A DNA stretch of 64,000 nucleotides from Octopus bimaculoides (GCF_001194135.2 NC_068988.1:43562029-43626028); one strand, 5' to 3'; counted from the stretch's first letter, positions 1 to 12,513 are shown. Notes: generated by a model from the sequence alone, not told the origin. Numbers and translations: made by a program.

Positions 1-303
1 GAAGATCTCATTAACGAGGCCAACAAGAAAATGTGTATCACTAAAAAGTTCTTTGAAAGAAAAAATGGCGACCAGTCACCGACGAAAACAAACGCTGGAG
101 TAAATTCTAATAGCAACAGCGGAAGTGCTAATAACTCTGTAATAAATAACAATAATAATAATAGTAATAACAATAACAATATCAGTAGCAGCAGTAAAAA
201 TTATTTTGACAACGATTTCTCGAAGAGAGCAAAACATGAGGAGCAAAATTCGTTCGACTCTGGAATACACGAAACTAATTTCGACTCTAAAATCACCGTT
301 TAG
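1..303 (+). CDS. Partial open frame entering from the left edge; Asn/Ser-rich C-terminus ending ...FDSGIHETNFDSKITV*; possible last coding exon of an unidentified gene
   Basis: Frame +1 is open from base 1 (EDLINEANKKMCITKKFFERK...) to TAG at 301-303, 100 codons. The flanks of the poly-Asn stretch are non-repetitive and protein-like. No family recognised. Confidence 0.45.
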   Translation, partial: EDLINEANKKMCITKKFFERKNGDQSPTKTNAGVNSNSNSGSANNSVINNNNNNSNNNNNISSSSKNYFDNDFSKRAKHEEQNSFDSGIHETNFDSKITV

Positions 304-543
304 AAAATAAGATCTGATAGATTGCGTGTGGAAATAACTGGTTAAGACTAAGAAAAATGAAAGCATGGCTGAAAGTGAACGAATGTTTTCAAATCTTTCA
401 GGCATGTTTTTGATTCTAAAGAACGAGTGACCACAAAGAGGGCGCCTGTTTTGTTTGGTACAAACATAAAGGTGACATTTCGTTCCGTTACTAGTTTCGT
501 GTGGAACCCAACATTCAAATTCTAAAATCGAAATATAAAAAAA

Positions 544-699
544 ATGTTTGAAAGAGTATTACTGTTGTGCAAACAGTGTGAAAGGATTTTGTTGTCTGAA
601 ATAATTTGTGGAAATTGTGTGAGAAACTTGAAACCTGAAGACATCAAAGACATCCGACCATCTGACATTTTTCATACAGACCACTTTAGCACATCTTAA
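544..699 (+). CDS. 51-aa micro-ORF with a C4 zinc-ribbon-like motif (CKQC-x9-CGNC)
   Basis: My translation: MFERVLLLCKQCERILLSEIICGNCVRNLKPEDIKDIRPSDIFHTDHFSTS*. ATG at 544 in an A-rich context, TAA at 697-699. It falls below the ORF-track cutoff. Expression unknown. Confidence 0.25.
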   Translation: MFERVLLLCKQCERILLSEIICGNCVRNLKPEDIKDIRPSDIFHTDHFSTS

Positions 700-2558
700 A
701 GCAGTAATTTTTGCCAGGATTAAACCAAAACTTCATGATTTTTCGACTAATTAACAACATGGCGTCCGTGTTTATAATAGACCTCTCATCGATTCAACCC
801 ATTCTAATTCTACGAAAATATCGTTCTTGGGTGAATTATATGTATACATACCTTTACATGCTTGGAAATGCAGGATTGTATGCATGTGAACAAACCTACA
901 TCAATAGCCATCATAGATGTACTCATAAGACATCTATTTTCAATCGATCTTGCAATGACGTTTCCAAATAGGCTATGCTTAATTTCTGAGAAAGAACGAC
1001 AGACAGTAAGATCTGAAGCGTGTATGCGAAATGTGAGAAGGACCGCCAAGAAATAACCAAAGAATTGAATGTACTGAATGACCAAATGTGAGAATTAAAA
1101 TAGAGCAACTTCGATGACGACCACGACAAACTGACCTGGACCAGGATGAAAATATCAAGAAATGAGAAGGAATGGTATAATGAGCGTGAAAGAAAGTGTA
1201 TAAGAAAGATGTAAATGTCAAAAAGAAACCCGTGTGAGTTGCGGGCGGAAACGGTGTACTGAGAACAAGATGTACATACATTAAAGTAAAATGGAAACTT
1301 TATTCTGTAACAGCTCTGCACAACTCGTATGTGTGTATATGTACATATATATATATATGAGACTGACTGCTGGTTTGATCCAGAAACTGAAAAATATGAA
1401 GATACGACATCTTCCCAGGATTGTGTGTGCTTAGAAGATGTCAAGACGAAGGAAATGCCCAAGAGTGCCATTTTATCCACTATTTTAGTTACAGTTAAAA
1501 ATAAGTTGTTAAAATGAAGAAATGCTCTGCTGAAAGCAAATGACATGTTAACTAATGAAATCTTATTCCAAATTCTTCTTATTTTAGCAGTTTTTCTTTC
1601 TCTCTCTCTCTGTCTCTCCTCTCCATTATAAAATCAGCTCAGCAAATAATCATACCACCTTGACACACTCAACAACATCATCAACGTAACTGTCCATCAG
1701 CATTGTAACCAGGCGTCCTTTTCACTGTCATCCCCATAGCTATGTTGCAAAAGAAAAAGAAAATAATAACGGAAAGATTGCTTAAACGAAAATAAAACAG
1801 TAAATAGACTTTACCAGCAATACTTTTTTGGAATAAAAATAACAAAAAAACAAAAAAAAACAAGAAAAACGAAAGAAACGACCTAACTAATAATTTATGT
1901 TTCATTAGCTATTTAACTGACTGGATTGTTATCTGCGAGAGAAAATTCTGAAAGAAGTGAGTGATATTTCTTAACCAAATATGAGAAAGACTTAAAAATA
2001 GACCCTCCAGATTCTCTCTTTCCCTTTCTCACTAATCAGGTACTTAAGCCCCACTGTTCTAGTTATAACCACAGAAAATAATCCCCGCAGATTTTTTTTT
2101 TGGTACATCGCTGATGATATTTACTGGTGATGTCTGATATTGAAACTATAGAAGCAGCAATGTGATCATTTAGAGAGTGTCTGTATGTTTGTATGTAATG
2201 TATGTATGTATATAGTGAAGGAATGTAGCGGGAGATGACGACGACGGCGTAAAAGAAGGATAATAGATATTCTATGTCAGACCCACTTTGTAGTTTGGTT
2301 TATAAGCTATTTTAATGTACCGAAAGTAAAGTATTTGGCTGGTTACTATATATCCAATCCACTTTTTTTTATACAACCCATCCATCCCGTCAAGCATCTC
2401 TTTCAACGCAGTCGTTATTAATTACTTCCCACGCACATGTTCTGGTTTCCGCTGCCGAAGTTTTCATTTGTTTATGTTGTATTACGAGAATGGGGTGTCT
2501 GGAAAACATCTTCCTCCTATATTCATCCCTACGGAGACAGATACACTAGTACAATAAT

Positions 2559-2596
<38 letters not shown>

Positions 2597-3672
2597 GCTA
2601 CTACTAGGGTGGACGGTAGTGTCAGTATACGCATCGGAATTTAATTTAATGTTTTTTTACGGTATTTTCATTTTGAGTTCCAATACTGGCAAGGCCCAAG
2701 TTTGCTTTCTATTATTCTTCAACTGTCGGTTAAAAAAAAAAATGTACGAAAGTACCAGTGAAATACGGTGGTCAACTGCACTCTTCGTTCCAAGATTTGT
2801 GGCATTGTACTAAAATTAGAGATCGCTATTATTATTAGTTAGAGTAAAGCAATGAAAAGACTGAAAGAGTATATAGCTCTGAAAAAATTGCAATCACTGG
2901 CGAATATTTAATATCACCCTTTTATGTAGTAAGTTCAAATCCTAGCAGAGTCGATGAAGAAGTGCCAGGCATATTTACTTATAGAAAAGCAGCCGGTTAG
3001 CCAACAAAGGTTGGGCATCAGACTAGTGATTATTACGTCAGGAGTTTGTCCATTTACATCTAAGTTTAAATTCTATAAAGGTTCGACTCTAATTTGACCC
3101 CCCCCCCCCTCACACACATACACACACACACACCTACCGTGCAACTCTGAAATACCCACCAGGAATGTACTGCTGTGGATGCCATACCCAATAGATTTGT
3201 CTTCAACGATTGGCCTTCAAGCTAATTAAAAAAAGAATTGTTTTAAATCATTATATTAATGATTATTATTCCCGGTTCCCTACTACGACAAGAATCATTT
3301 GATTTTGCTAAAACGATGAAAGAGATGCTTGTAAATTTTGGGATAGAGTTGCATTAAGTTGAGCTGGAGAGAGACTAAGACGTTAAAATATTAACCTATT
3401 ATAATTTTGTTTCTTTGCCATATAACATGAACTGATGACATATCGTTCCATTCGTAACATTGCAATGTTCGGAATGTGAAATATATACAAACAGTTACAG
3501 TCGCTATTTCCTCTTTTTCCCCACTAACAATTTGATCTTATACTGAATGATCTCTATGAATTAAATATTTAATAGCGGTAGGTCATCTCGTTTTGTGGGG
3601 AAGAAATCCTTATAGGAATACGATGGCAAATGTTACACTTTCTTTTTTAAGACAACCAGCGAACGAATGTAC

Positions 3673-3707
<35 letters not shown>

Positions 3708-4640
3708 CATACATGGTGTTGTACAAGACCAATGAAATTTTAGATGAGGAATGAAATATATTCCTTCGTAATGTTTTTTTTCTTTTTGTGTATATACATA
3801 TGATTAATTTCGTTAGCGACCCCCAAATATAATTAATATTCCTATTGACTGATTCTTTCAGACCACCCTCTTTGTACTTTTCTTTCTACGGAACTTTCAT
3901 TAAATCGGAATACGAGTAGTATAGTGTATAAATGTAATCTACAGTATTCCAGAATCTGCGGGCATATATATATTATTTTGAAAAATACGACCTCTTTCGT
4001 TCATAGAAATCCAGTGTGTGGTTGTGTGAAAAAAGAGAGAATATTTAAGAAAAATATTGTACAGGGTGTAACTGATCATTGCATACTTACTTCGATCTAT
4101 TAAAAAGAAAAAGAAAAAAATATTTTCTATCTAGTACATGAAATAACATGGCGGATTGCCAAAATAGTGGAATAAATGGCAGAAAAAGAAAAGAAAAAAG
4201 GAGACTATGAAAATAAGATTGACGTGTGATGTTTCCAAAACATCCTAAGATATTATTTTTGTCCAGTCAAAACAAATGAAAAGACATCATGGAAAAACTA
4301 AAGTGAAACGAAAAGAATTTTAACAAAAATGAAAACAAATGAACTGCAGAATTGATTTTTTTTTTGTTGTTTTGAGTTTTCTGGAGAAGTGATAGAAGTT
4401 ACAGAATAAACAATATAATATATAATCTAAAATAACATTCTATTAGTGAGTGAAAGGAAAAAATGTCGAGATACCATTGTCATTGTAGAACAATTTGAAT
4501 GAGCTGATGGTGACAGCTATTGATCGTACGATATTGGTGCTCCTAGAGCTGCAGATCATTTCCTAATCATAATGTAAATAGAATCGAGTGAATTCTTCGT
4601 GACCATCACTATCCACCTCACTTAGGCACACATACATATA

Positions 4641-4694
<54 letters not shown>

Positions 4695-5699
4695 GTTTTT
4701 GTGTGAGAGAATGTTGTTTATTTATTTATTCAAGACTTGAAGAATTTTAGAATTTTTGAAATGTGTTATGCCAATCTGAAGCAACTATCTGACGAACGCT
4801 CATAGCGTGAAACTCGCAGCAACGACACGAGAAAAAAATATCAAGTTTTGAATGACTAAATAAATACAACTCGCTTTCTTTTGTTACGTATATTGAGTTT
4901 TTTAACTCGCCGTACAGTTGAACAAAAAGGAAAAAAAAAAAAAAAAAAAGAACTCGCACTCACAGAAACCCAGCCCAAAATTAAAAGCCAAATCGTTACA
5001 TTTTTTTTTTTTATGGATTGGGTTGTTAAAACAAACAAGGGTGGTTTTGTGTTGTTAGCCACTGCTTTGGTCACAAAGATATAACATATACCAACCAAAC
5101 TACACTGCAGCCATATTTCTGGTGGAGATTAAACGAACTTTTATCCCGATACGACAACGATGATATCTACATTGATATCTATATACATATTTATAGAGAC
5201 GATTCCAAGAAAAATGGTCAAGAATACTTTGGAACTCTAAAAGAAAATATATATAAAAATTATATATGCTGAAAATGATTTCCAATCAGACTTTTTAGAC
5301 GTTGTTCGTGACTGGCCAGATAGCTGAACTGTGATTTCCCTTATTTCTTTCTCTGGCATATTTGTTAAAACCAGAGAAACTTGTACAAATTTTACATTAA
5401 TTTATTTTTTCAAAAGTTGAATAAATATTAAAATAATCAAATATTTCATTTCAGTTGTTTCTGTTTTTCTTGTTTTCATTTTGTTTTGTTTTATTTATTT
5501 GCTAATTTATTCATTGATGAATGCTGTAGAGTAAGAGGTAAGTTTTAATCAATTTACGTGGCGACTTTTAATTTAATTTCTGCGTTTAAATTTTCATTTT
5601 ATTTTTCACTTATAACTAAAATTCATTCTGTTATTCCCTCAATAATATAATCCTGTGTCGAGAAAAAGAAAATAGTGGTTACTCTTCGGCAAACAGAAA

Positions 5700-6910
5700 A
5701 ATAGGACAGACAAGTCTTTCTTTGGTAAAGAAATTACCTCTCAACATAGGCTGGTTATCAGCGACCTCATGCTATGGAGGGACTCTGTGATAGAAGAAAA
5801 ATGGAGAAGAAAGGTATATACCAAGCCCAAATTTAAAGAAATACTAAGGATGCGAAGGTGGACGTTATAGACAATTGGCAGTTTCTAAGAGATAACCTAC
5901 CGTGAATCGCACAACCATATCTGTTGATGGAGCAAAGAAGCAATTAAGCGGAGGATGATGTAATCATATGGTAAGGATAGAGTAAAGATAGTGGAGGACA
6001 ATAAAGAATTCCAAGTAGTTAAATTGCATGTCGGATACACTGAGCAAGGAGAGAAGCTGAAGGTAAGAGGTTCCCCAAGGTTCTTCGCTATGGGGTGTTC
6101 TGGATTATTAAGCAGTGCTTTGTTGGAGAAAAGTGTATACGTAGCGAAGATGACGCATTCGCCATCATTGACGCCAATAAGGAAGAGGTAAGGAAATGCT
6201 GCTATAAGATCTTACTGAATGAGAGGAATTCATTAACTCAGCAGACGTTACGGGCTACTGGGGTTGATGACGACACAGCTGAAAGAACCAAGGCAGTAAA
6301 CTTTTTGATAATGAAAATATCCGTCGAATTGGAACATGTCAGTTACTTGTATAGATGCTAGCAGCAGCGTGGTTACGTGCTACAGAGGCAATGGAGATGC
6401 CATACAAAGGAATAACAAAAGTAGCATCAAATTGCGAAGTTGACAAGAATTATGGTACATCTTAAGAAAAAATTAGCTTAGATTTGATGCACTTGGAATT
6501 TTTGTCAGGACAGCGCATGATCTTCTTCACTGGCTATCTATGAATTCTTATATACTGACGACCTAGTTCTCATAGCCAAGTCTGTGGAAGAATTGGGTGA
6601 AAGTTTCCAAGCGTGAAATTAAAGCCTAGGATCAAGTTATATAAGTAAAACTAGCAAAATTCAGTATACAGACCTGGTGTCATTTGGAAGGAAAGTGGCC
6701 AAAGTATTTGTGCAGAAAAGAAACGGGTAAGGAATTCTACATTGCGTACCGTATGTAAATTAAGGGTTGCATGAGAAATGGAGGTGGACACAGACAGGTT
6801 AACAGAAAAAAGACATCCTGCTCGCTAGAAGCAACAACTGACAGCTTCTGGCACCGAGTTAATTAGCAGTAGAGATGGGTGCTGTAAAAACATAATAACC
6901 AAAATAAGAA
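5700..6910 (+). mobile_element. Decayed, internally deleted RTE-clade LINE (end of endonuclease, linker, RT core remnant, Cys/His finger remnant)
   Basis: ITSQHRLVISDL at 5733-5768 (end of the APE domain); linker-like EKCIRSEDDAFAIIDANKEEVRKCCYKILLNE; YTDDLVLIAKSVEELGESFQA from 6551 (YADD-type motif); LISSRDGCCKNIITKIR near 6860-6910. Many stops and frameshifts. Confidence 0.8.
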
Positions 6911-7303
6911 CGAGAAACAAAAGAATTCAGGGTCGTATTGCCCTTGTTAGCCCGAATGAAGGGTAAAATTTTATGATGCTTGCTTACGAAGTATGATATG
7001 ACATAAAAATAAGTTATGGGTGCTGCTTTCTGTGTTCCTACCTCTTGGCATTGGATGCAAAGAATGTGCGAATACTGAATTTAAACAAAAGTGAGATTGT
7101 TCCGCTGGGTGTGTCGTGCTAGCATGCATGAAATACAGTTGGCAAAATATAATAGAGGGATCAAATGTTGTGTGCAAGCAACTGTGCTGATATGTACATG
7201 TGATGCTGATGAAAAATGATAGTTCAATACAGGAGTGCATAGTGAGACCAAATAGAAGAAATTTGCATAAGAAAATTCTGATCATCCCAAAGGAGCTAAA
7301 AAT

Positions 7304-7334
<31 letters not shown>

Positions 7335-8263
7335 CGTTAACGTTTTGACCTGTTAGAAATCGTAGAATTTCCCTCAATCACGCTTTTCTTCGTAAATGAA
7401 GAATGATACATTAGATAATGTAGTCGCTGAAATAGAAATAAAAGGTTGGATGGTCACGATTGAAACTCCTTCGATTAGAACTTACTTTGGACAAAGCAAC
7501 AAGAAGAATGTAGATGACAATACCACATTTGGAAACTAGCTTTTTTCACTGTAGAAATCAGATATATCCACTCAAAATGTCGTTTCCCTTAACTGCGGTA
7601 AGCAGTTTTATATACCAGTTTAATTTTTGTTAAGGAATGTCTTGTTTGAAACTATTTTTTGTAGAGATATGTCAAGTTTATTGAAGCACCGTGACTTGCA
7701 AAAACTACCAATTCTATTTTTTGGCAGACGAAGTATAATTACTGGCATAATCAGGAAATTAATTTAATTTCGCAGTTAAAGGGCTAGTGTATTAAAGAAA
7801 AGCGTTGAAGTTTGCGGCAGTGATTTTACTTACACTGTCAGATACTGTTGAGGTATAATAGTAGCAGCAGCAGCAGCGGTACAAACACCAACTGTATAGG
7901 CATGGAAACATTAAACTTTGTTATGGCAATCAACTGTTGAAAAGCACTTTGATATACACCACATGAGGAAATACACACAAAGTTTGTTCATGTCTCGAAA
8001 TGGAAGATGGTGGGGGAAACTCACATAGCTCACCGAGAAAAGAAACAGAAATCACGATGTTTTATAATTTATTCTTGAATCAAGTCGGAGATTCGATTCA
8101 AGCAACAAATCATACCTACCTGCAACAGTGGAAATGGGCTCAAGTTTTATCGATATTCAGGCCTCAATTTGATACACATAAATTTATAAAACTGGACGTC
8201 TGATTTAAATCGGAGAAAGATGGAACCTCAATTAGGTGTACACTGGAGTATATCGAAGTGATT

Positions 8264-9176
8264 TATGAAGTGGTATCAAAACGTTACCGGACTAGTTCTG
8301 TAGCGCGCCAACAGATGGCACTAGACGGTTGTGTGTGTAGTGAGAACTAGCAGTGACCTTCATGAGGCAGAGTGCCGAGTGACATCGTTGTGTTTACTTC
8401 ACAAGTTGTGAAATTTGTGTTTTTGTGATCATGTGTATGCTGTAGTCTGCGATTTTTGCCATGTACAGGAAACTGGAACAAAGAGCCAACAGGAAACTTT
8501 GCATTAAACTTGGGATGTCTGCTACAGAGACATTGAGTATGCTTCGGCAAGCTTACAGCAGCAAGGCAATGGATCGTACGCAATGTTTCGAGTGGCACGG
8601 GCGATTCAAAAATGGAAGAACATCTCTGGAAGACAATGAGCGATCTTGGATAACCTGCCACGAGCGTCACCCCGCCACGCAAATGTGGGAAAAATTCATC
8701 AGCTTGTGCATGAGGATCGTCGGAGGACAATCAACGACATTGCTGATGTTGTTGGTCTGTAGTATGGGTCTGTGCATACAATCCTAATGTCTGGATTCTT
8801 CACGATGACAATGCATCCTGTCACCGAGCCCTCTCCACTTGTGAGTTTCTCGCTAAAAACAACATAGTATCGTTTTCGCACCCGCTCTATTCGCCAGATT
8901 TAGCATCTGCAGACTTCCATCTCTTCCCCAGGATGAAAATGCAGCACAAAGGTCACCGTTTGAACACCACTGTCGAGATCCAGAACGAATAGCAGAAGGT
9001 GCTCGACTCGCTTATGGAAAACAACTTCCAGATCGGATTTCAAAAGTGGTAGGAACGCTAGGACCCGTGTATTGTTGTGCAAGTTGACTATTTTGATGTT
9101 AAAACTTAGGTAAATAAGTTAAGTTTTTTTTTTATTAAACATAACTTGTCCAGGAACTCTTTGATACCACCTCGTA
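8264..9176 (+). mobile_element. Mariner (Tc1/mariner, D34D) DNA transposon, internally deleted, both TIRs present
   Basis: TIRs at 8264-8296 and 9144-9176 match at 26/33 positions with TA ends. HTH N-terminus MYRKLEQRANRKLCIKLGMSATETLSMLRQAY...QCFEWHGRFKNGRTSLED at 8461. WILHDDNASCH...HPLYSPDLASADFHLF at 8792-8925 with 34 residues between the last two catalytic Asp. The first catalytic Asp region is missing. Confidence 0.95.
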
Positions 9177-9779
9177 CTATCGTAAGAAAGCGATAGAGTG
9201 TATGAAAGCAAGGGATGTCCATACGTGGTAGTATACACAAAATAGCGGGTTAGTAATGTATTGAATGCGAAATTCTGGAAGAGCAGATCTAAAACGGCCT
9301 TAAAATTTGAGGAGTCGTCAACACTAGATTTCTTCAAAACTGCCAGACTATTAAAAGCTTTGAACGTTCGACTCGTGATGGAGATGAAATTTAAGCTGTT
9401 TCTTTTTTCCATATAGTCGACGAAAAGCCTCTTAAACTCCCTTTCCTCCCAAACATGAGAGGGTCACACATAACAACGGCACTAAGAATAAAAACCGACT
9501 AGAGAATCAGCCAAATTAGCTACAAATACAAAAGTCTAAAGAATTTGAGCAACAACAACAACAATAGTTGTCACAATCACAACGAACGCAAACAATTGCG
9601 ACCACAAAATATACAAACACAACCGAACCAAAAGGTCTTCATTGGTGTTGGGGCAAAGAGCAGGAAACTAAATCACGGGAGATTTTGGCTGATTGAGGGA
9701 GAGGGTTGAAGACGTGTTCCATTCAAGTAAAGAAACGTCGACTAACCCAGAATAACAGTAACAACAATAATTTAATGTT

Positions 9780-10200
9780 TTATGAACCACATTGGGGACT
9801 TCTTCACAAAGCACCATGGGAGTCTATAGTCACAGACACCTGAAAAAGAGATACGGATGCTGTTCATTTCCTGACTGAGCAATTAAGAAAATTAAGAAAA
9901 GCAGGCTGTTTATGCCCTCGAAAGTAATCCCACAGACATAGTTCTTCAGATAAGATTCCTTCTGGCATTACGCTTATCAATGAGAAAGTAAAATGGCATT
10001 GTAAGCGCAGTCTAAGATTGTGTCAGAATAGCATATAAGAAGTCTTAGTAGATGTTTTTGAATGTGTTCGGTCATCCAGGTTGTATTTAGAAAGAGATTT
10101 AAGTAGGTTAGTAGACAGAAGTAGCATAAGATGTCCAGTTTCAGGTAGATGACCGCATAGATCACAAGTCTGTGATGTCTGGTATATCTATACCTGACAT
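9780..10200 (-). mobile_element. Probable C-terminal relic of a REL-endonuclease non-LTR retrotransposon (HERO/NeSL-like)
   Basis: A minus-strand frame reads SQTCDLCGHLPETGHL (C-x2-C...ET..H zinc knuckle), then VMPEGILSEELCLWDY and a degenerate VTIDSH/LPW segment in the order expected for PD-(D/E)xK REL motifs. Heavily decayed. Confidence 0.4.
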
Positions 10201-11289
10201 CTGGTGATACGACAAAGCTGAATGCCTCATCCTGATGAAAAAAAAAAAAAAAAAAAAAACCAATGGGGATAAGATTTAGTTAAGACAGATTTACGTGGGA
10301 ATGTGCTGAAAGTGACTGAAAATGAAATTCAGAGTAGAATTCTCTAGCTTTTATTATAAAGGCTAAAATAGATACGGAATCAGTAGAAAGATTCAGTACA
10401 GAGAGGCTCGTATGAAATATATTGTTGCCAGTGTGATGGCTGGGTAGCTGGCCGTTGATCATTTCTTACAAGCTAAGTACTAAAGTTCTGGTATTCAAAT
10501 TCAGCTCAACTCAGAAATTCAAGTTTCAGTTTTAAAGTGCCTGCCTAGTGCTGTGAACGATACCATAATATGGAACCCATTAGATGAACCTTGCAGTCGT
10601 TGACAACAGTCAGAGCTATGGCAACATCACAGTAACGATGCTAAGAATCGAACAGCTGCTTTTTCAGCTGTTTTGCTTTCGATTGAATCCGGTCGTTCTG
10701 TTCTATATTCACTCGACTATCTGAGTAGAAAATATCTGTTTATGTCGTTAATTATGTGGCCTTAATTAAGAAATCAACAATCATGTGAGTAATTAGCTGG
10801 TTACTAATCTCGAACTTTGGTATTTATGAAAAAACAATAAAGATACACTATTGCCATACATACTCGGCATTTTATTTAATAAATAGTTTAAATACTTACT
10901 TTAATAAGCTTCTTCACACTTTCACCATCTTATAAATGCATGAGAGGAGCAGTCTTTCCACCTGGTCAATAAACCTGCTAGAAATAACAGTAAAATCTTT
11001 CAAATTTCACTCCACTGTAGTTTCAATAGGAAGGACTTATTGAATAATGCTGCCCTAGACACATTTTATTCGTGTAACAGATTGGATATGGCTGTAATAT
11101 TTATCACATAGGTCTGTTGAATCAAAGCTGAATGGAGCTAAATAACTTTACAAATTCTAAATTCATTTCCGATCCTTTGAGCAAAAGAGACAACATAATT
11201 GTTTGACTTGCTAGAATCACCACCTCGAGAACAGAAGAATACATTGTGTGATGTACTCCTAGAGTCAGTTAATGAAGACTTAAACCTAG

Positions 11290-11505
11290 GTCTCTCATAA
11301 GACTGGTTTCCATGGCGTGTGATTGATATTACAACATTCATCCTGAACGGGACGCCAGTCTGTCATATGTTTGACTTCCCAGCTATTGCTGGAACACATT
11401 TACAGTTGGGTAGATTGGAGCAACATTCTACTCGGGACCGGGAGTCGAAACTACGATCTTGCGATCATGAATGCAACACTTTGACCACCAGGTCACGCAC
11501 TTTCA
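11290..11505 (-). mobile_element. tRNA-derived SINE, distinct family
   Basis: On the minus strand it starts gtgaaagtgcgtgacctggtggtcaaagtgttgcattcatgatcgcaagatcgtagtttcgactcccggtcc, which has A-box-like and B-box-like motifs. A non-tRNA body follows. Confidence 0.6.
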
Positions 11506-12162
11506 CAATTTAATGAAGTGTTAGTTTATTATCCAGTGAAATGGAAATATCGATGATATGTACATAACATCTGAGAGAGCTGAAACACGGTTAAGACGTT
11601 TGCTTTGTAACCACTTGATTTCGAGTTCGATGCCACTTCGCGACACATAAGGCGACGCTTTTGGCCATAACTTCGGGTTGACAAAACTCATATGAGTGAA
11701 AGTTTGAAGATAGAAACTTTCGAATAACTTTTAAGAGGGGCAGTTCTTGTTAGATGGTAGTCTTAATCCGTCACCCGGTTTATCATCACTACTTAGCCCT
11801 TAAATACATTCTACAGATTACACTCCATCGCAGGGCATTTGAGCCAGACCTAATTTGAGGATCAAATTTGCATGTACATATTTTCGAAGAGCCAAAACAC
11901 CCCACTAAACCAAAACAAAACAATGCCTTTGTCATACACACAGTGAACTACAGCGCTAGTTGCTAGATACTAGTCACTGATACATTAACTAACACTCCGA
12001 TATTCAGTCAAAACCATAGAGCTGTTATTCATTTTGTCAAATTAAAAACGTTAACACGGATTAATTACGTTGTTATTTAAATCTACGAAGTCATCTACCG
12101 GTACAATCGGTACAGTGGCGTTCAACGTGTTATTTGATTACGTCCAGTTACTTTTTTTAAGT

Positions 12163-12357
12163 CAGTAAGCTAGTAAAATTGTTGGCTAGTCGGACATGCG
12201 TAGCGGAATTTCTTCCAGCTCTTTACGCTCTGAGTTCAATTCCTGCTGAAGTTAACTCTGCCTTTCATCCTTTCGGGGTCAATATAATTCCAGCCAAGTA
12301 TGGGGTCAATATAGTCGACTAGTTTCCTCTCCTCTAAATTGCTGGCTTTGTACCCTG
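12163..12357 (+). mobile_element. SINE family C copy
   Basis: Carries tgagttcaattcc (B-box) followed by gcctttcatcctttcggggtc, shared with the copies at 24409, 41044 and 55060-55493. Confidence 0.75.
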
Positions 12358-12513
12358 CATCATATTTAGGAAGAATATTTTAATTTAGTCACTTATTCGC
12401 CATGGAAACCTGGTAATCAGCTCTTTTGAGTCCTAGATCCCAAGAAAATTTTTAAAAAATTAACTTTCTAAGTTCAAATCTAGCTGGGGTTTACTTTGTC
12501 CAGCTAGATTTGA

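Noticed and set aside
1660-1760. Exon-like segment on the minus strand (polypyrimidine tract, AG, later AG/GT)
   Set aside because: All three frames contain stops between the candidate acceptor and donor, and no partner exons were found.
2105-2160. CTGATGA...GAAACTATAG hammerhead-like match
   Set aside because: No NUH cleavage triplet, no stem I pairing and no convincing stem II.
9785-10269. Possible processed pseudogene ending in the poly(A) at 10238-10259, with a loose TSD
   Set aside because: The recognisable motifs lie on the minus strand, so the A-run is at the wrong end. The supposed TSD needs indels, and the plus frame has multiple stops and no recognisable product.
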